NCBI GenBank assembly: GCA_039026795.1 | Contig: JBCCLQ010000001.1 | Location: forward strand, 1-52,053 | DNA: 52,053 bases | From: Pseudomonadota bacterium | Lineage (GTDB): Bacteria > Pseudomonadota > Alphaproteobacteria > Micavibrionales > Micavibrionaceae | Direction: 5' to 3' | Part shown: piece after piece, positions 26,948-37,195 of the stretch | Layout of the letters: each line of letters opens with the position of its first letter | How positions within the stretch are numbered: position 1 is the first letter of the stretch | Notes under the pieces: model-generated | What the model saw: only the letters and a program-made list of their open reading frames with translations | Told to the model about the DNA's origin: nothing | Database searches by the model: none | Position numbers and translations under genes: made by a program

Positions 26948-27811
26948 TTAGCCTGCAATAGTCTTGGTAGCGCTATCCTCTACGCTTGCTAGGAAGGGGT
27001 GGGCTTCAGGAACATAGACGCCGCGTAAGTCCGGAGCCGCGATAAATGATTTGGTAATTCCCATCACAGTTTCCGCACCGCCAAGGAACAGGAAGCCATC
27101 TGAAGCAATTTGACCGAGCAGTTTATCGAGTGTGGCGCGCTTGGTGTCGACATCGAAATAGATCAAAACATTGCGGCAGAAAATGATGTCAAACTGCCCA
27201 ATGCTGCTCATACTATCCAACAGATTAAAATATTTGAATTGGATTTTGTTTTTAATGATGTCTTTTAAACGCCAGGTTTGGCCATCCTGTTCGAAGTAAT
27301 TCATCAGCATTTGAATGGGCAATCCTCGCTGTACTTCGAATTGTGTGTATTCAGCCCTTTTGGCATGTTCGATAATTTTGTGATCAATGTCAGTCGCAAC
27401 GATTTCGTAATTCCAACCCGGCATTTCGGCTTTCATGTCTTCCAAAAGCATGGCCAGGGAATAGGGCTCCTGACCCGACGAACAGGCTGCACACCATATG
27501 CGTAAGGATTTTTGAGTTGCGCGTGCCTCTTTCATAAAGGGCAAAATTGTTGCCTTAAACGTATCGAACGGACGATTATCACGAAAAAAAGATGTTTCGT
27601 TTGTGGTCATGGCCTCAACCACATCCTTCACCAATCCGGGATCGGGCACACCGTTTAAAGCAACAGTCATGGCTTCCAGTGATTCAAAACCCCATTCTTT
27701 GGATACAGGTGTTAAACGGGATTCAATCAGATAGGATTTATCAGGCGTGAGTGTTAAACCCGATTTTTCTTTCAACAGTGCGGCATAAACATCGAAATCA
27801 TTGATACGCAT
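26948..27811 (-). CDS. cheR: Chemotaxis protein methyltransferase
   Basis: TNETSFFRD, RIWCAACSSGQEPYSLAM and IFCRNVLIYFD. Confidence 0.9.
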   Translation of the reverse strand: MRINDFDVYAALLKEKSGLTLTPDKSYLIESRLTPVSKEWGFESLEAMTVALNGVPDPGLVKDVVEAMTTNETSFFRDNRPFDTFKATILPFMKEARATQKSLRIWCAACSSGQEPYSLAMLLEDMKAEMPGWNYEIVATDIDHKIIEHAKRAEYTQFEVQRGLPIQMLMNYFEQDGQTWRLKDIIKNKIQFKYFNLLDSMSSIGQFDIIFCRNVLIYFDVDTKRATLDKLLGQIASDGFLFLGGAETVMGITKSFIAAPDLRGVYVPEAHPFLASVEDSATKTIAG

Positions 27812-27814
27812 ATA

Positions 27815-28897
27815 TTATATTCCAGTCACTGCTTTACGAACCCATGGTCCGATCTGATTTAAGGGTAAAACTTCGGTACATAGTCCTGCATTGGCAACAG
27901 CGCCCGGCATGCCCCAAACAACACTCGTTTCTTCGTCCTGTGCGATTAATCGACCACCTTTTTTAATTAAGGTTTTTGAACTATCAAGGCCGTCATGTCC
28001 CATACCTGTCAGAATGACACCCAGAACCTTATTGCCGAAGATATCGATAGCGCTTTCAAACATTGGGTCGACTGCCGGTTTGCAGAAATTGATCGGCGGA
28101 CTGTCATCAATATGAGCTACCAAAGCGCCATCTGCATTTTTTTTCACAATCATGTGATAGCCACCCGGTGCGACATAGAGGATACCATTTTCAATCACCA
28201 TGTCTTGTTCGGCTTCGATGGACGTCACGCCTGTATTGTTGCTGATATGTTGCGCCAGAATTTTTGTAAAAGTCGCCGGCATATGTTGCGTTAAAATCAT
28301 CGGGATATCCAAATCCTTGAAATGGGAAACTACCTCAAACAGAGCTTGTGGGCCTCCTGTTGAGCTGCCGATCGCAATGATAGATGGTTTACCTGTATAG
28401 GCAGCTACATTGGTGTTCAGTTTTATACTGGATGTTGATTTTTCCGGTTCTGTTGTCTCTGTTTTGGATGGCCCCAAGCCGCGGATGATTCCGACCAAGC
28501 TTTGTTGAAAATCGCCACCCGGCTTGATGTCCTCAGGCTTGGTTGGTTTACCGATACATTCAGTTGCACCTATGCGCAAAGCTTCTAACGTAATAGACGC
28601 ATTGCGCACAGTGAGCGTTGAACACATTACGATTTTAGAATTGGGTGCTTTTTCCAGCAATTGTGGCAAGGCTGTCATGCCATCCATAACGGGCATTTCA
28701 ACATCCAACAAGATGATATCCGGTGAGAGTGTTTCGACAGCCTTCAAGGCCTGTTCGCCATCCGTTACGGATTTGATGATTTCAAAATCAGGTTCGGATG
28801 ATAAAACGCGTGACAGCATGCCTCTGACAACTGCTGAGTCATCAACAAGCATGATTTTAATTGTAGAGTCTGTTTGATCTGAAGGGGGAGGTGTCAT
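27815..28897 (-). CDS. cheB: Protein-glutamate methylesterase/glutaminase (REC plus CheB_methylest domains)
   Basis: IKIMLVDDSAVVR...DVEMPVMDG forms the REC domain; IAIGSSTGGPQAL and TGMGHDG belong to the catalytic domain. Start set at MTPPPSD (28897), just after the cheY stop. Confidence 0.9.
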   Translation of the reverse strand: MTPPPSDQTDSTIKIMLVDDSAVVRGMLSRVLSSEPDFEIIKSVTDGEQALKAVETLSPDIILLDVEMPVMDGMTALPQLLEKAPNSKIVMCSTLTVRNASITLEALRIGATECIGKPTKPEDIKPGGDFQQSLVGIIRGLGPSKTETTEPEKSTSSIKLNTNVAAYTGKPSIIAIGSSTGGPQALFEVVSHFKDLDIPMILTQHMPATFTKILAQHISNNTGVTSIEAEQDMVIENGILYVAPGGYHMIVKKNADGALVAHIDDSPPINFCKPAVDPMFESAIDIFGNKVLGVILTGMGHDGLDSSKTLIKKGGRLIAQDEETSVVWGMPGAVANAGLCTEVLPLNQIGPWVRKAVTGI

Positions 28898-28904
28898 ATA
28901 GCCC

Positions 28905-29285
28905 TTATGTGCTCGCGTTTTCCATGAGGCCGATTTGAATAAATTTAGATTGTATAATATCGCTATCAAACGGTTTCATAATATATTCGTTTGCGCCTGC
29001 CATCATGGCTTCCTGAATTTTGCTCATGTCGTTTTCAGTTGTGCAGAAAATAACTTTCGGGAAACCGCCGTTATCCATAGCACGTAATTTTACGAGAAAT
29101 TCTATACCGCTCATGATCGGCATATTCCAGTCCAGCAAAATCGCTTCCGGCATGGAAGACTCACAAGCTTCGTAGGCTTTTTGTCCGTCTTCTGCTTCGG
29201 CACAGGTGAAGCCTAAATCTTCGACTATGCGGCGTGCGACTTTTCGAACAACACGACTATCATCGACAACAAGACATGTTTTCAT
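28905..29285 (-). CDS. cheY: CheY-like single-domain response regulator
   Basis: 126 aa with VVDDS, LLDWNMP and KP motifs, located inside the che operon. Confidence 0.85.
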   Translation of the reverse strand: MKTCLVVDDSRVVRKVARRIVEDLGFTCAEAEDGQKAYEACESSMPEAILLDWNMPIMSGIEFLVKLRAMDNGGFPKVIFCTTENDMSKIQEAMMAGANEYIMKPFDSDIIQSKFIQIGLMENAST

Positions 29286-29303
29286 GATTTACTCTCTTTT
29301 AAA

Positions 29304-29801
29304 TTAGTGAATAGTGCTTAGTAACTTCGGGATATCCAGAACAACCAGAAGATTGTTTTCCAATCTAAAAATTCCTTGGGAGATATCACGCCAGAGTGGA
29401 TCCAATGTGGCAGGATTTTTCTCAAAGTCTTTAATCTTAAGGCTCAGGACATCGCCGATAGAATCAATAATGAGACTATAAAGCTCTCCGTTGTGTTCGA
29501 CAACGACGCTCATGTCTTTGGATGTGGTTTCTGTTCGTGGTAGTCCCAAACATTTGCGCACGTCGATGGCCGTAACGATGCGACCACGCAAGTTGAGTGA
29601 GCCGGCAATGGCCGAAGATGCAAGGGGGATTTGTGTAATCTTCTGTTCGCCTAAAACATCCTGCACCTGCAAAATCGGAATACCGAACATCTGGTCATTG
29701 ATATGAATGGATAAATACTCTTTACGAGTATTCATGCCGGTTGCGTTGTCTTTGGCATCATCCGTATTTGTTTCTAAAAAACCCGAAGCTTCTGCACTCA
29801 T
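29304..29801 (-). CDS. cheW: Chemotaxis coupling protein
   Basis: 165-aa CheW-like fold (FGIPILQVQDV, NLRGRIVTAIDVR). It overlaps the cheA stop by 4 nt. Confidence 0.9.
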   Translation of the reverse strand: MSAEASGFLETNTDDAKDNATGMNTRKEYLSIHINDQMFGIPILQVQDVLGEQKITQIPLASSAIAGSLNLRGRIVTAIDVRKCLGLPRTETTSKDMSVVVEHNGELYSLIIDSIGDVLSLKIKDFEKNPATLDPLWRDISQGIFRLENNLLVVLDIPKLLSTIH

Positions 29802-32518
29802 GACATTTTCCTTGTATCGTTACTGATATCGACCAAAGTTTGATTGATTGTGCTTAACAATGTGTCTTTATCGAATTTTGCGATGTAACGGCTGAAACCA
29901 ACTTCCTGTCCTCGGTCAATATCTTGCGGCGTGGCATGTGATGATAAGGCAAGAAGTGGTGTGTCTTTCCAGTCATTGGACGCACGGAGTTTTTCGGCGA
30001 ATTCAAAACCATCCATTTCCGGCATTTCAATATCACTGATAATCATGTCAAAGCGTTCGCCAGATTCACACACCTTCAGAGCATCAACGGCACTTTCCAT
30101 TGTTGTAACGTTGTATCCCGCCACTTTTAAAAGTGGGGTCAGCATGTTGCGGAAAAAAGGGCTGTCATCTACCAGCAATATACGGGTGCTGCCTGCGTCT
30201 TTTTCGCCGTAAGGTTCGTCGCCGTGAGTTTTGAACCAGTCTTTGTTATGCGAGCGCAAATAATGCCCGATATCAACGATATCCGTTGCTTTGCCGTCAA
30301 TGATGGCACTTCCCATGAGGCCCGGTGTAGTGCCTTGTAGTTGAACGTCAATCACGATATCAACAATATCCAGAATGCTGTCGATAATCAGGCCCATTGA
30401 TCGACCGTTGTCTGTAAAGACGAGCACAGGTTTGCGTGCATCGGCGTTCAAGTCCATAGACGGATAGAACGGAATAAGAGCCATGAGTTCGTCGCGGTAT
30501 TGAATCACAGCTTTATCATCTGAATATTCAATATCGGTGAGTTTGATTTCTTCTAAACGGGCGACAAGAGAAAGCGGTACAGCTTTCGGCGCTGTATCTC
30601 CAGCCTTAAAGAGAAGTAAAGACGTTTTGTCGGATGCGATGCTCGCTTCCAATTCTTCTTGTTCGGTATCGCGGCTTTCTCCAGCTTCGAGTTCACCGCT
30701 GGCTTTGGCGATACCTGCTGGGTCGAGGATCATGATTACGCTACCGTCACCCAAAATGGTGTTGCCGGAGAACATCTCGATCTCTTTCAAAACACCTGCA
30801 ACAGGTTTCACAACAATTTCTTCGGTGTCAAACACCTTATCGACAATAATACCAAAGAGGTATGCGCCGATTTGTGTGACGACTATGTATTGGTTTTCTG
30901 GATCGAGGGATTCTACGTCTTCTTCGCTTTCTACTGATTTTCCGCCTTGAAGACTCAAAACATTGTCCAGATAAACAAGCGGTAGGAGTTGGTCACGTAA
31001 GCGTAAAACGGGTGAGCCTTTAATAAACTCGACCTTGTTGTCGCTTTTTTCGTTCAACAAAACCAATTCGCGAACAACCAGTTGTGGAATTGCAAATTTT
31101 TCTGCGGCAGCTTCCACGATCAATGCGGATACAATGGCCAGCGTTAATGGAATTTTGATTGAGAAGGTTGAGCCTTCACCTTCCTTAGATAACAGTTCGA
31201 TAGAACCACCAATTTTTTCGATATTGGTACGGACAACATCCATACCGACACCGCGACCGGATACAGCAGTTACTTTTTCAGCTGTTGAGAAACCGGCCTT
31301 GAACACATGTTGGTGAATTTGTTGCGCTGACATAGCTTCCAACTCTTCAGCAGTTGCCAGTCCGTTATTCAGAATTTTTTCTTTGATTTTCTCTGTATTC
31401 AGACCTTTACCATCATCCTTGATTTCAATGATGATATGCCCGCCTTCGTGATAGGCATTGAGCCAGATAGACCCTGTTTCGGGTTTACCTGTGGCGGCAC
31501 GTTCATCGGGCATTTCGATACCGTGGTCAGCGGAGTTACGCACCATGTGAGTCAGAGGATCCTTAATCATCTCCAACACCTGACGATCCAGTTCCGTATC
31601 CTGACCTGTCATTTTCAGATCGATCTTTTTACCCAGTTCCATGCTGAGATCACGAATGATGCGCGGCAGTTTTGACCAAGCATTGCCGATGGGCTGCATG
31701 CGTGTTTTCATCACGCCTTCCTGTAATTCGGAAACAACATGGTTCAGGCGTTGTAAGGGCGCTTCAAATTCCGTTTCTTTATTATGCCTTGCGGTTTGCA
31801 AGAGTTGGTTGCGTGTCAGAACAAGTTCCGACACCATGGTCATTAAATCTTCCAGAACATCGACATTGACGCGTAAGGATTGCGCAGCAACCGCACTGGT
31901 CTTTTCAACTTTTTCTGCTGGTGGTTCTTCGTCTTTTACTTCTTCTTTAGGAGGTGAAGCTTCGGCAACAGGTTCTTGTTCCGGTTGAGGCGGTTCTTCT
32001 GCTTGTTGCTGTTTGTGATAATCGGGGTGGCTTGGCGCTAGGGTTGGCGTAAAACCATGTTCATCGGGCTCTAAAGCGGAAGAAACGGGTTCTTGCTCTG
32101 GTTCATTTGCAGGTTCTGGCGCGTTGTCTGTTTTTACATCGCGTCCTTCGTAAACGGCATCGAGCCTTTCGATCAAATCCGAGTCATCACCGGCAGGTTC
32201 TTCACCTGTATCCTCAATGGCGGACATGATGTCCTTAATACAATCCAGAGATTCAAAAATCAGTGTCACATATTCTGGTGTAACTTCGAGTTCACCATCA
32301 CGAAAACGTCCCATGATGTTTTCGGCATGGTGTGCGACTTTTTCAAGGCGCGGCAGACCCAAAAACCCGCATGTGCCCTTAATGGTATGCATCAAGCGGA
32401 AAATATTGGACAATAAGTCTTTATCGTTGGGGTTTTGTTCAAGTTTGACGAGGTCTAAATCCAGTTCACCCAAGCTTTCGTTTGTTTCAGTCAAAAACTC
32501 AGTGATTAAATCATCCAT
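29798..32518 (-). CDS. cheA: Chemotaxis histidine kinase CheA with C-terminal receiver domain
   Basis: Hpt (MHTIKGTCGF), HATPase (DDGKGL, GRGVGMDVV), a CheW-like P5 domain, then a REC domain (ILLVDDSPFFR...SDIEMPEMDG). Start at MDDLITEF (32518) with GGAG 7 nt upstream. Confidence 0.9.
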   Translation of the reverse strand: MDDLITEFLTETNESLGELDLDLVKLEQNPNDKDLLSNIFRLMHTIKGTCGFLGLPRLEKVAHHAENIMGRFRDGELEVTPEYVTLIFESLDCIKDIMSAIEDTGEEPAGDDSDLIERLDAVYEGRDVKTDNAPEPANEPEQEPVSSALEPDEHGFTPTLAPSHPDYHKQQQAEEPPQPEQEPVAEASPPKEEVKDEEPPAEKVEKTSAVAAQSLRVNVDVLEDLMTMVSELVLTRNQLLQTARHNKETEFEAPLQRLNHVVSELQEGVMKTRMQPIGNAWSKLPRIIRDLSMELGKKIDLKMTGQDTELDRQVLEMIKDPLTHMVRNSADHGIEMPDERAATGKPETGSIWLNAYHEGGHIIIEIKDDGKGLNTEKIKEKILNNGLATAEELEAMSAQQIHQHVFKAGFSTAEKVTAVSGRGVGMDVVRTNIEKIGGSIELLSKEGEGSTFSIKIPLTLAIVSALIVEAAAEKFAIPQLVVRELVLLNEKSDNKVEFIKGSPVLRLRDQLLPLVYLDNVLSLQGGKSVESEEDVESLDPENQYIVVTQIGAYLFGIIVDKVFDTEEIVVKPVAGVLKEIEMFSGNTILGDGSVIMILDPAGIAKASGELEAGESRDTEQEELEASIASDKTSLLLFKAGDTAPKAVPLSLVARLEEIKLTDIEYSDDKAVIQYRDELMALIPFYPSMDLNADARKPVLVFTDNGRSMGLIIDSILDIVDIVIDVQLQGTTPGLMGSAIIDGKATDIVDIGHYLRSHNKDWFKTHGDEPYGEKDAGSTRILLVDDSPFFRNMLTPLLKVAGYNVTTMESAVDALKVCESGERFDMIISDIEMPEMDGFEFAEKLRASNDWKDTPLLALSSHATPQDIDRGQEVGFSRYIAKFDKDTLLSTINQTLVDISNDTRKMS

Positions 32519-32622
32519 TGCCAAACTCCGATTGTCTCGACAAGCCACAAACGTATACGTTTTGGGCGATTTGCCTGCATTCTTTTAAAAAAAGTGTGAA
32601 CTAATAAAATGCCAAATATTAG

Positions 32623-32637
32623 TTAAAGATCAGTTAC
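32623..32637. promoter_or_regulatory. CtrA-box-like TTAA-N7-TTAC upstream of cheA
   Basis: TTAAagatcagTTAC lies about 105 nt upstream of the cheA start. It is a single imperfect match to TTAA-N7-TTAA(C). Confidence 0.25.
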
Positions 32638-32724
32638 TCAGATAACGCATCAAAGATAATATCATAAGTTGTTTTTTTGTGCCCCACCTATTGTTGAACT
32701 TTTCCAACGGTTTCTATTGTGGGT

Positions 32725-33372
32725 TTAGTCCCCAGCCAAGCTGTGGAATGCGAATGTGACTTTGTTTTCGTCTGTTTCGAGGACTTTAATCGAAAAGTTG
32801 TAAAGCTCGGCAATCATCCCAATAACATACGGATGTACGAGGCGAGGGTCGAGTTCATCAATAGCGATTTTGTTCATTAACGCGTCTTCTGTTTGATCGC
32901 GTAAGCCCGCGTTTTCGCCTTCTGCGATAACAAGTGTGTCATTGTTCTCTCCGGCTTTGACTGAAATGCTGCCGCCTTTTGGCAATGCTTCCATAGCGAG
33001 CATCATGGTGCACAATAAGATTTTACAAAAACCAAGGGGTAGGGGATCGGGGCCGAGCGGTCCGAAAGGATCCCATGTTTGTGAGATTTTACCTTCGGCA
33101 GATATGAGTGCGGAGAAGGCCTTTTGTACATCTTCAGGTTTGATGTTCGGGTCTTTGCCGCCCGCACCGTAAGCCATGCGGAAAGCCTGAAGTTTTGCGG
33201 CCGCTTGTGATGCACTGTAGGAAATCAGCTTGAGTGCTTCGTCACCGGCATCCGGTCCCATTTCCTCCATAAACTCTACGCCGTTGTTGACGGCGCCGAC
33301 AGGAGAGATGATGTCATGACAAATGCGGGAAGCCAGCATCTCCAGAATTGCGGTGTTCGCGGTATCGCTCAT
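32725..33372 (-). CDS. chpT: Histidine phosphotransferase ChpT (CckA-ChpT-CtrA relay)
   Basis: LASRICHDIISPVGAVNNGVEFMEE and FRMAYGAGG closely parallel Caulobacter ChpT (LAARLCHDFISPASAI, RVAFGA). 215 aa. Confidence 0.8.
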   Translation of the reverse strand: MSDTANTAILEMLASRICHDIISPVGAVNNGVEFMEEMGPDAGDEALKLISYSASQAAAKLQAFRMAYGAGGKDPNIKPEDVQKAFSALISAEGKISQTWDPFGPLGPDPLPLGFCKILLCTMMLAMEALPKGGSISVKAGENNDTLVIAEGENAGLRDQTEDALMNKIAIDELDPRLVHPYVIGMIAELYNFSIKVLETDENKVTFAFHSLAGD

Positions 33373-33404
33373 AAAAGCTCACTTTATTGAAAAGTTTCAG
33401 ACTT

Positions 33405-34823
33405 TTAGAGTGTACCCTCATATCCTGATTTGGCAAGCTCGGCCTTGAGCATATTCTTTAAGTTTTCCAAAGCCTTGTCACTTTCGGCTTCGATACGGGC
33501 GACCAGCGCGCTTTGTGTGTTTGAAGCGCGTAAAAGCCACCAGCCTTCAGGAGTCAGCACACGGACACCATCCAGATCGGAAATTTGAAACTCATCGTTC
33601 GCTTGTGGTTTTAAACGTTCCAGAATTTCGTCAACGATAGCGAATTTGCGCTCTTCGCTTACTTCGATGCGCATTTCAGGTGTGTTAATTTGAGCAGGTA
33701 AGTGCGCAAAAAGCGATGACAAAGGTTCATCGGTTTCTTGCGCGGCATTTATGAGACGGATTGCGCAATAGAGCGCATCATCAAAGCCATAATATTTATC
33801 GGCAAAAAAGATATGACCGCTGAGTTCACCTGCGAGTGGTGATTGCGTTTCAGCCATTTTGGATTTGATCAGAGAGTGACCTGTCTTCCACATGATGGCT
33901 TCGCCGCCCAAGCGCGTGATTTCATCAAAAAGAACCTGTGAGCATTTGATATCGCCAATGATGGGGGCACCGGGGAAAGTTTCCAAAACATCCTTCGCGT
34001 AAAGCGCGAGTAAAAGATCGGAGCGAATGATGGTGCCTTTTTCGTCAATGACGCCGATGCGGTCACCGTCACCATCCATGGCAATCCCGAAATCGCAGTT
34101 TTCGGACAGGACTGTTTGTTTGAGGTCTTCGAGGTTTTTATCGACCGTGGGGTCAGGGTGGTGGTTCGGGAAATCACCATCAATATCATCAAACAGCAAA
34201 ATATGTTCACCGGGGAGTTTGGATGTCAGTCGGCGCATGATTTCTCCTGTCGCGCCATTACCTGCATCCCATGCGATTTTCATGTCTTTTTGCCCGCTTA
34301 GGTCCTTAAGTAAACGTTCGATGTATAAATCCTGAATATCTTTTTCGCGTGACGACCCTTCGCCGTGTGTATACGCGCCATCGGCTGCGATTTGCGCGAT
34401 CTCTTTGATCGTTTCACCAAACACGGCCTTGCTTTGCAGTGTCATTTTAAAACCGTTATCTTTGCCCGGGTTGTGCGAGCCCGTGACCATGATGCCTGCA
34501 TCCGCGCCGCTGTCTTTGACGGCAAAATACAGCATGGGGGTTGGACCGAGGCCGACATTGGTAACATCCATGCCTGTTTCGGTGAGACCTTTGATTAGAT
34601 TTTGAACGAGGTCAGGGGAACTATGGCGGCCATCGTAACCGACACAGATTTTATTGCCGCTTTGGCCTTGTACGAACGTTCCGAAGGTCAGGCCGAGGTG
34701 ATAGGCGTCATCATTACCCAGCGTTTTTCCGACCTCGCCGCGAATATCATATTCACGAATGATGTGTGGGTTGAAATTGTAGGTTTGGGTGTTGGGGTTA
34801 AGCTGAGGCTGCGTGTTTGACAC
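33405..34823 (-). CDS. Phosphomannomutase/phosphoglucomutase
   Basis: REYDIRG, the TGSHNP active-site Ser loop, the DGDGDR metal loop and GELSGH. Confidence 0.9.
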   Translation of the reverse strand: MSNTQPQLNPNTQTYNFNPHIIREYDIRGEVGKTLGNDDAYHLGLTFGTFVQGQSGNKICVGYDGRHSSPDLVQNLIKGLTETGMDVTNVGLGPTPMLYFAVKDSGADAGIMVTGSHNPGKDNGFKMTLQSKAVFGETIKEIAQIAADGAYTHGEGSSREKDIQDLYIERLLKDLSGQKDMKIAWDAGNGATGEIMRRLTSKLPGEHILLFDDIDGDFPNHHPDPTVDKNLEDLKQTVLSENCDFGIAMDGDGDRIGVIDEKGTIIRSDLLLALYAKDVLETFPGAPIIGDIKCSQVLFDEITRLGGEAIMWKTGHSLIKSKMAETQSPLAGELSGHIFFADKYYGFDDALYCAIRLINAAQETDEPLSSLFAHLPAQINTPEMRIEVSEERKFAIVDEILERLKPQANDEFQISDLDGVRVLTPEGWWLLRASNTQSALVARIEAESDKALENLKNMLKAELAKSGYEGTL

Positions 34824-35718
34824 TCGTCTCTCCGTTGATTTGTTTATGGTACTTCTCGATCACTTCAATAGCACCTTGTCTGAATTCCGGATTGTGTAGG
34901 GCATAGGCGAGGGTTGCTTCAACAAATCCTGCGCGTGTTCCACAATCGTGGCGTTCACCTTCGTAACGGAAGCCATGAAATGGTTGTGTTTCGATGAGTT
35001 TCAACATGGCATCGGTCAGTTGAATTTCTCCACCTGCGCCTTTTTCAAATGTAGATAAATGATCAAAGACTTCGGGTTGTAAAATGTAGCGTCCCATAAT
35101 GGCTGTATTGGATGGTGCGTCTTCAGGCGATGGTTTTTCAATCATATTGCGGATAGACACTGTTTTACCCATATCGTTTTCAATATCGATGATACCATAT
35201 CGACCCGTATCTTCGATTTCAGTGACAGCGACCATGTTTCCGCCTAGACTGTTGTAAGCCTCCATCATCTGAGCAAGGCAGCTTTTTTCAGCCAGGAAAA
35301 CATCATCGGGTAGAATAATCGCAAACGGCTCATTACCGACAAGCTCATGGGCGCACCATACTGCATGACCAAAGCCGAGCGCTTTTTCCTGAATAACAGT
35401 CTGGACATCACCGGGTTTTAAGTTGGTGTGATGTATGCGTTCCAATAATTCGGTTTTGCCTTTTTCACTGAGATCGCTTTCAAGGTGCTTCTGTTCTTCA
35501 AAGTGTTTTTCAAGGCTTGGTTTGTGAGGACTGTTGACGAAAATAATCTGTTCAATACCTGCTTCTATAGCTTCGTTATAAGCATGTTCGATGAGCGGCT
35601 TATCAACAAGCGGCAGCATTTCTTTTGGAATGACTTTTGTCGCGGGAAGAAAACGTGTACCAAGGCCTGCAACTGGTAAAACAGCTTTTTTGACAGGCTT
35701 GAAATCTGGGTTGCTCAT
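34798..35718 (-). CDS. galU: UTP-glucose-1-phosphate uridylyltransferase
   Basis: KAVLPVAGLGTRFLPATKVIPKEMLP and VEKP-like (IEKP) motifs. Confidence 0.9.
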   Translation of the reverse strand: MSNPDFKPVKKAVLPVAGLGTRFLPATKVIPKEMLPLVDKPLIEHAYNEAIEAGIEQIIFVNSPHKPSLEKHFEEQKHLESDLSEKGKTELLERIHHTNLKPGDVQTVIQEKALGFGHAVWCAHELVGNEPFAIILPDDVFLAEKSCLAQMMEAYNSLGGNMVAVTEIEDTGRYGIIDIENDMGKTVSIRNMIEKPSPEDAPSNTAIMGRYILQPEVFDHLSTFEKGAGGEIQLTDAMLKLIETQPFHGFRYEGERHDCGTRAGFVEATLAYALHNPEFRQGAIEVIEKYHKQINGETSVKHAASA

Positions 35719-35789
35719 TCTTTTGAGCCCTTTAATTGTTCAGTGCAGTAAAACTCGACGCAGTTTTGGCATATTTTTCGGTCGGTTGT

Positions 35790-36221
35790 CTATTTTTTTA
35801 AGTGATTCATGAGGGTGTCTTTGGCCTGGTTCAAGTTCTTCGCAAGACCTTCTGAACCTTCCTGATCAGGATGTACCTTTTTCATCAGACGCTTATAGGC
35901 ATTTTCTATCTCTTCTTCGTCCGGTTCGCCTTTGAGACCCAGTATTTCAAGGGCGTCATAAACGCTCATTTCACCTTTAGGGACTTTGACACGCTCTTTG
36001 GCGTTCCACCAGCTTAAAACAATAGGGGTGAGTGCAGCCAATATCCCCAATGCTGCCGGTAATTTTCCAGTCACGGCCAGAAAGAATAGAGCAGAACCAA
36101 TGACGAGTGTTCCGATGGTAATAACCATGGCCACGATATCGCGGATTGTAGCGGTCAGCATAAAGCGGTATAGGGCGTAACCGCCAATGAGAATTCCGAG
36201 TACGAGTATCAGTAAGGGCAT
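35790..36221 (-). CDS. Membrane-anchored J-domain protein
   Basis: Three N-terminal hydrophobic helices, then AYKRLMKKVHPDQ (the HPD motif). Confidence 0.75.
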   Translation of the reverse strand: MPLLILVLGILIGGYALYRFMLTATIRDIVAMVITIGTLVIGSALFFLAVTGKLPAALGILAALTPIVLSWWNAKERVKVPKGEMSVYDALEILGLKGEPDEEEIENAYKRLMKKVHPDQEGSEGLAKNLNQAKDTLMNHLKK

Positions 36222-36222
36222 T

Positions 36223-37176
36223 TTAGAGCGTACTTTCTTTTGCGAGTGGTTTTAAGGATTCGGGATCAATAGCGCTGATCAGGCTGCGCACTTCCTGCCG
36301 CGCTGTGATTTGCGACAAGGTGAGCGGTGTGTCTTCATCGTCCTCTAAATCCATTAATGTCAGTCCCTTTAAAAACAATTCCCTGAATATAACACGTTCC
36401 CCAAAGCCCGGTGCAACGCGAAAGTCATATTCGTGGGAAATATCGGTCAAAAGCTCAGCGATATCCCGTTTGTTTTTCGCATTGATATGGGACAGGCGGG
36501 TGCGCATGACAATCCAGTCCAGCGTACCACCGTTACGCAAAGCCTTTTGCACGCGTTGGTCATTGACCATTTTGGTGTAAACGGACGGCCCTTTGATTTT
36601 TAAGGTATCCGGATCGACGTCGGCCAGTAGGTCCAGATCCACAAAGCTGTCATTCATCGGCGTAATCAATGTATCAGCATGAGAGTGGGCGAGGCGGGAG
36701 AGGTAGCTATCCGTTCCCGGTGTATCAATGATGATGAAGTCTGTATTGGTGCTAAGCTCCGCAATAGCCATAGACAGGAATTCACGCTCCTGTGTTTGTT
36801 GTTCGGCGACGTTTTCGGCAGCAGACCGTTCAATGGCCATGTGATAGGGGGCGAGCAGGATTTTGCGTTCGCGTGACACATATTGAAAACGGTTGCGTAA
36901 ATAGCGGGTGAATGTGCCTTGACGCGCATCAAGGTCGATGGAGCCGACATTATAGCCTTGTTTCAACAGCCCGATAGCGACATGCATGGCCGTCGTAGAT
37001 TTACCCGATCCGCCCTTTTCATTGCCAAAGACAATCAAATACGCATCACGTGTGCCCCATGATTTCGGGATAGACGAGAAATCATCCGAAAACGTATCTG
37101 GCGCATCGAAATCGGCCATATTGTCTTTTAAATCAAGGTCTTTCAAATCGGGGCGCACTGCCTTATGCTTTTCCAA
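36223..37176 (-). CDS. mipZ: Division-plane positioning ATPase MipZ (ParA/MinD family)
   Basis: IVFGNEKGGSGKSTTAMHVAIGLL...IDLDARQGTFTRYLRNR parallels Caulobacter MipZ. The start is uncertain (TTG 37176 or ATG 37119). Confidence 0.8.
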   Translation of the reverse strand: MEKHKAVRPDLKDLDLKDNMADFDAPDTFSDDFSSIPKSWGTRDAYLIVFGNEKGGSGKSTTAMHVAIGLLKQGYNVGSIDLDARQGTFTRYLRNRFQYVSRERKILLAPYHMAIERSAAENVAEQQTQEREFLSMAIAELSTNTDFIIIDTPGTDSYLSRLAHSHADTLITPMNDSFVDLDLLADVDPDTLKIKGPSVYTKMVNDQRVQKALRNGGTLDWIVMRTRLSHINAKNKRDIAELLTDISHEYDFRVAPGFGERVIFRELFLKGLTLMDLEDDEDTPLTLSQITARQEVRSLISAIDPESLKPLAKESTL

Positions 37177-37195
37177 AATCTATTGAACCTAAGCA

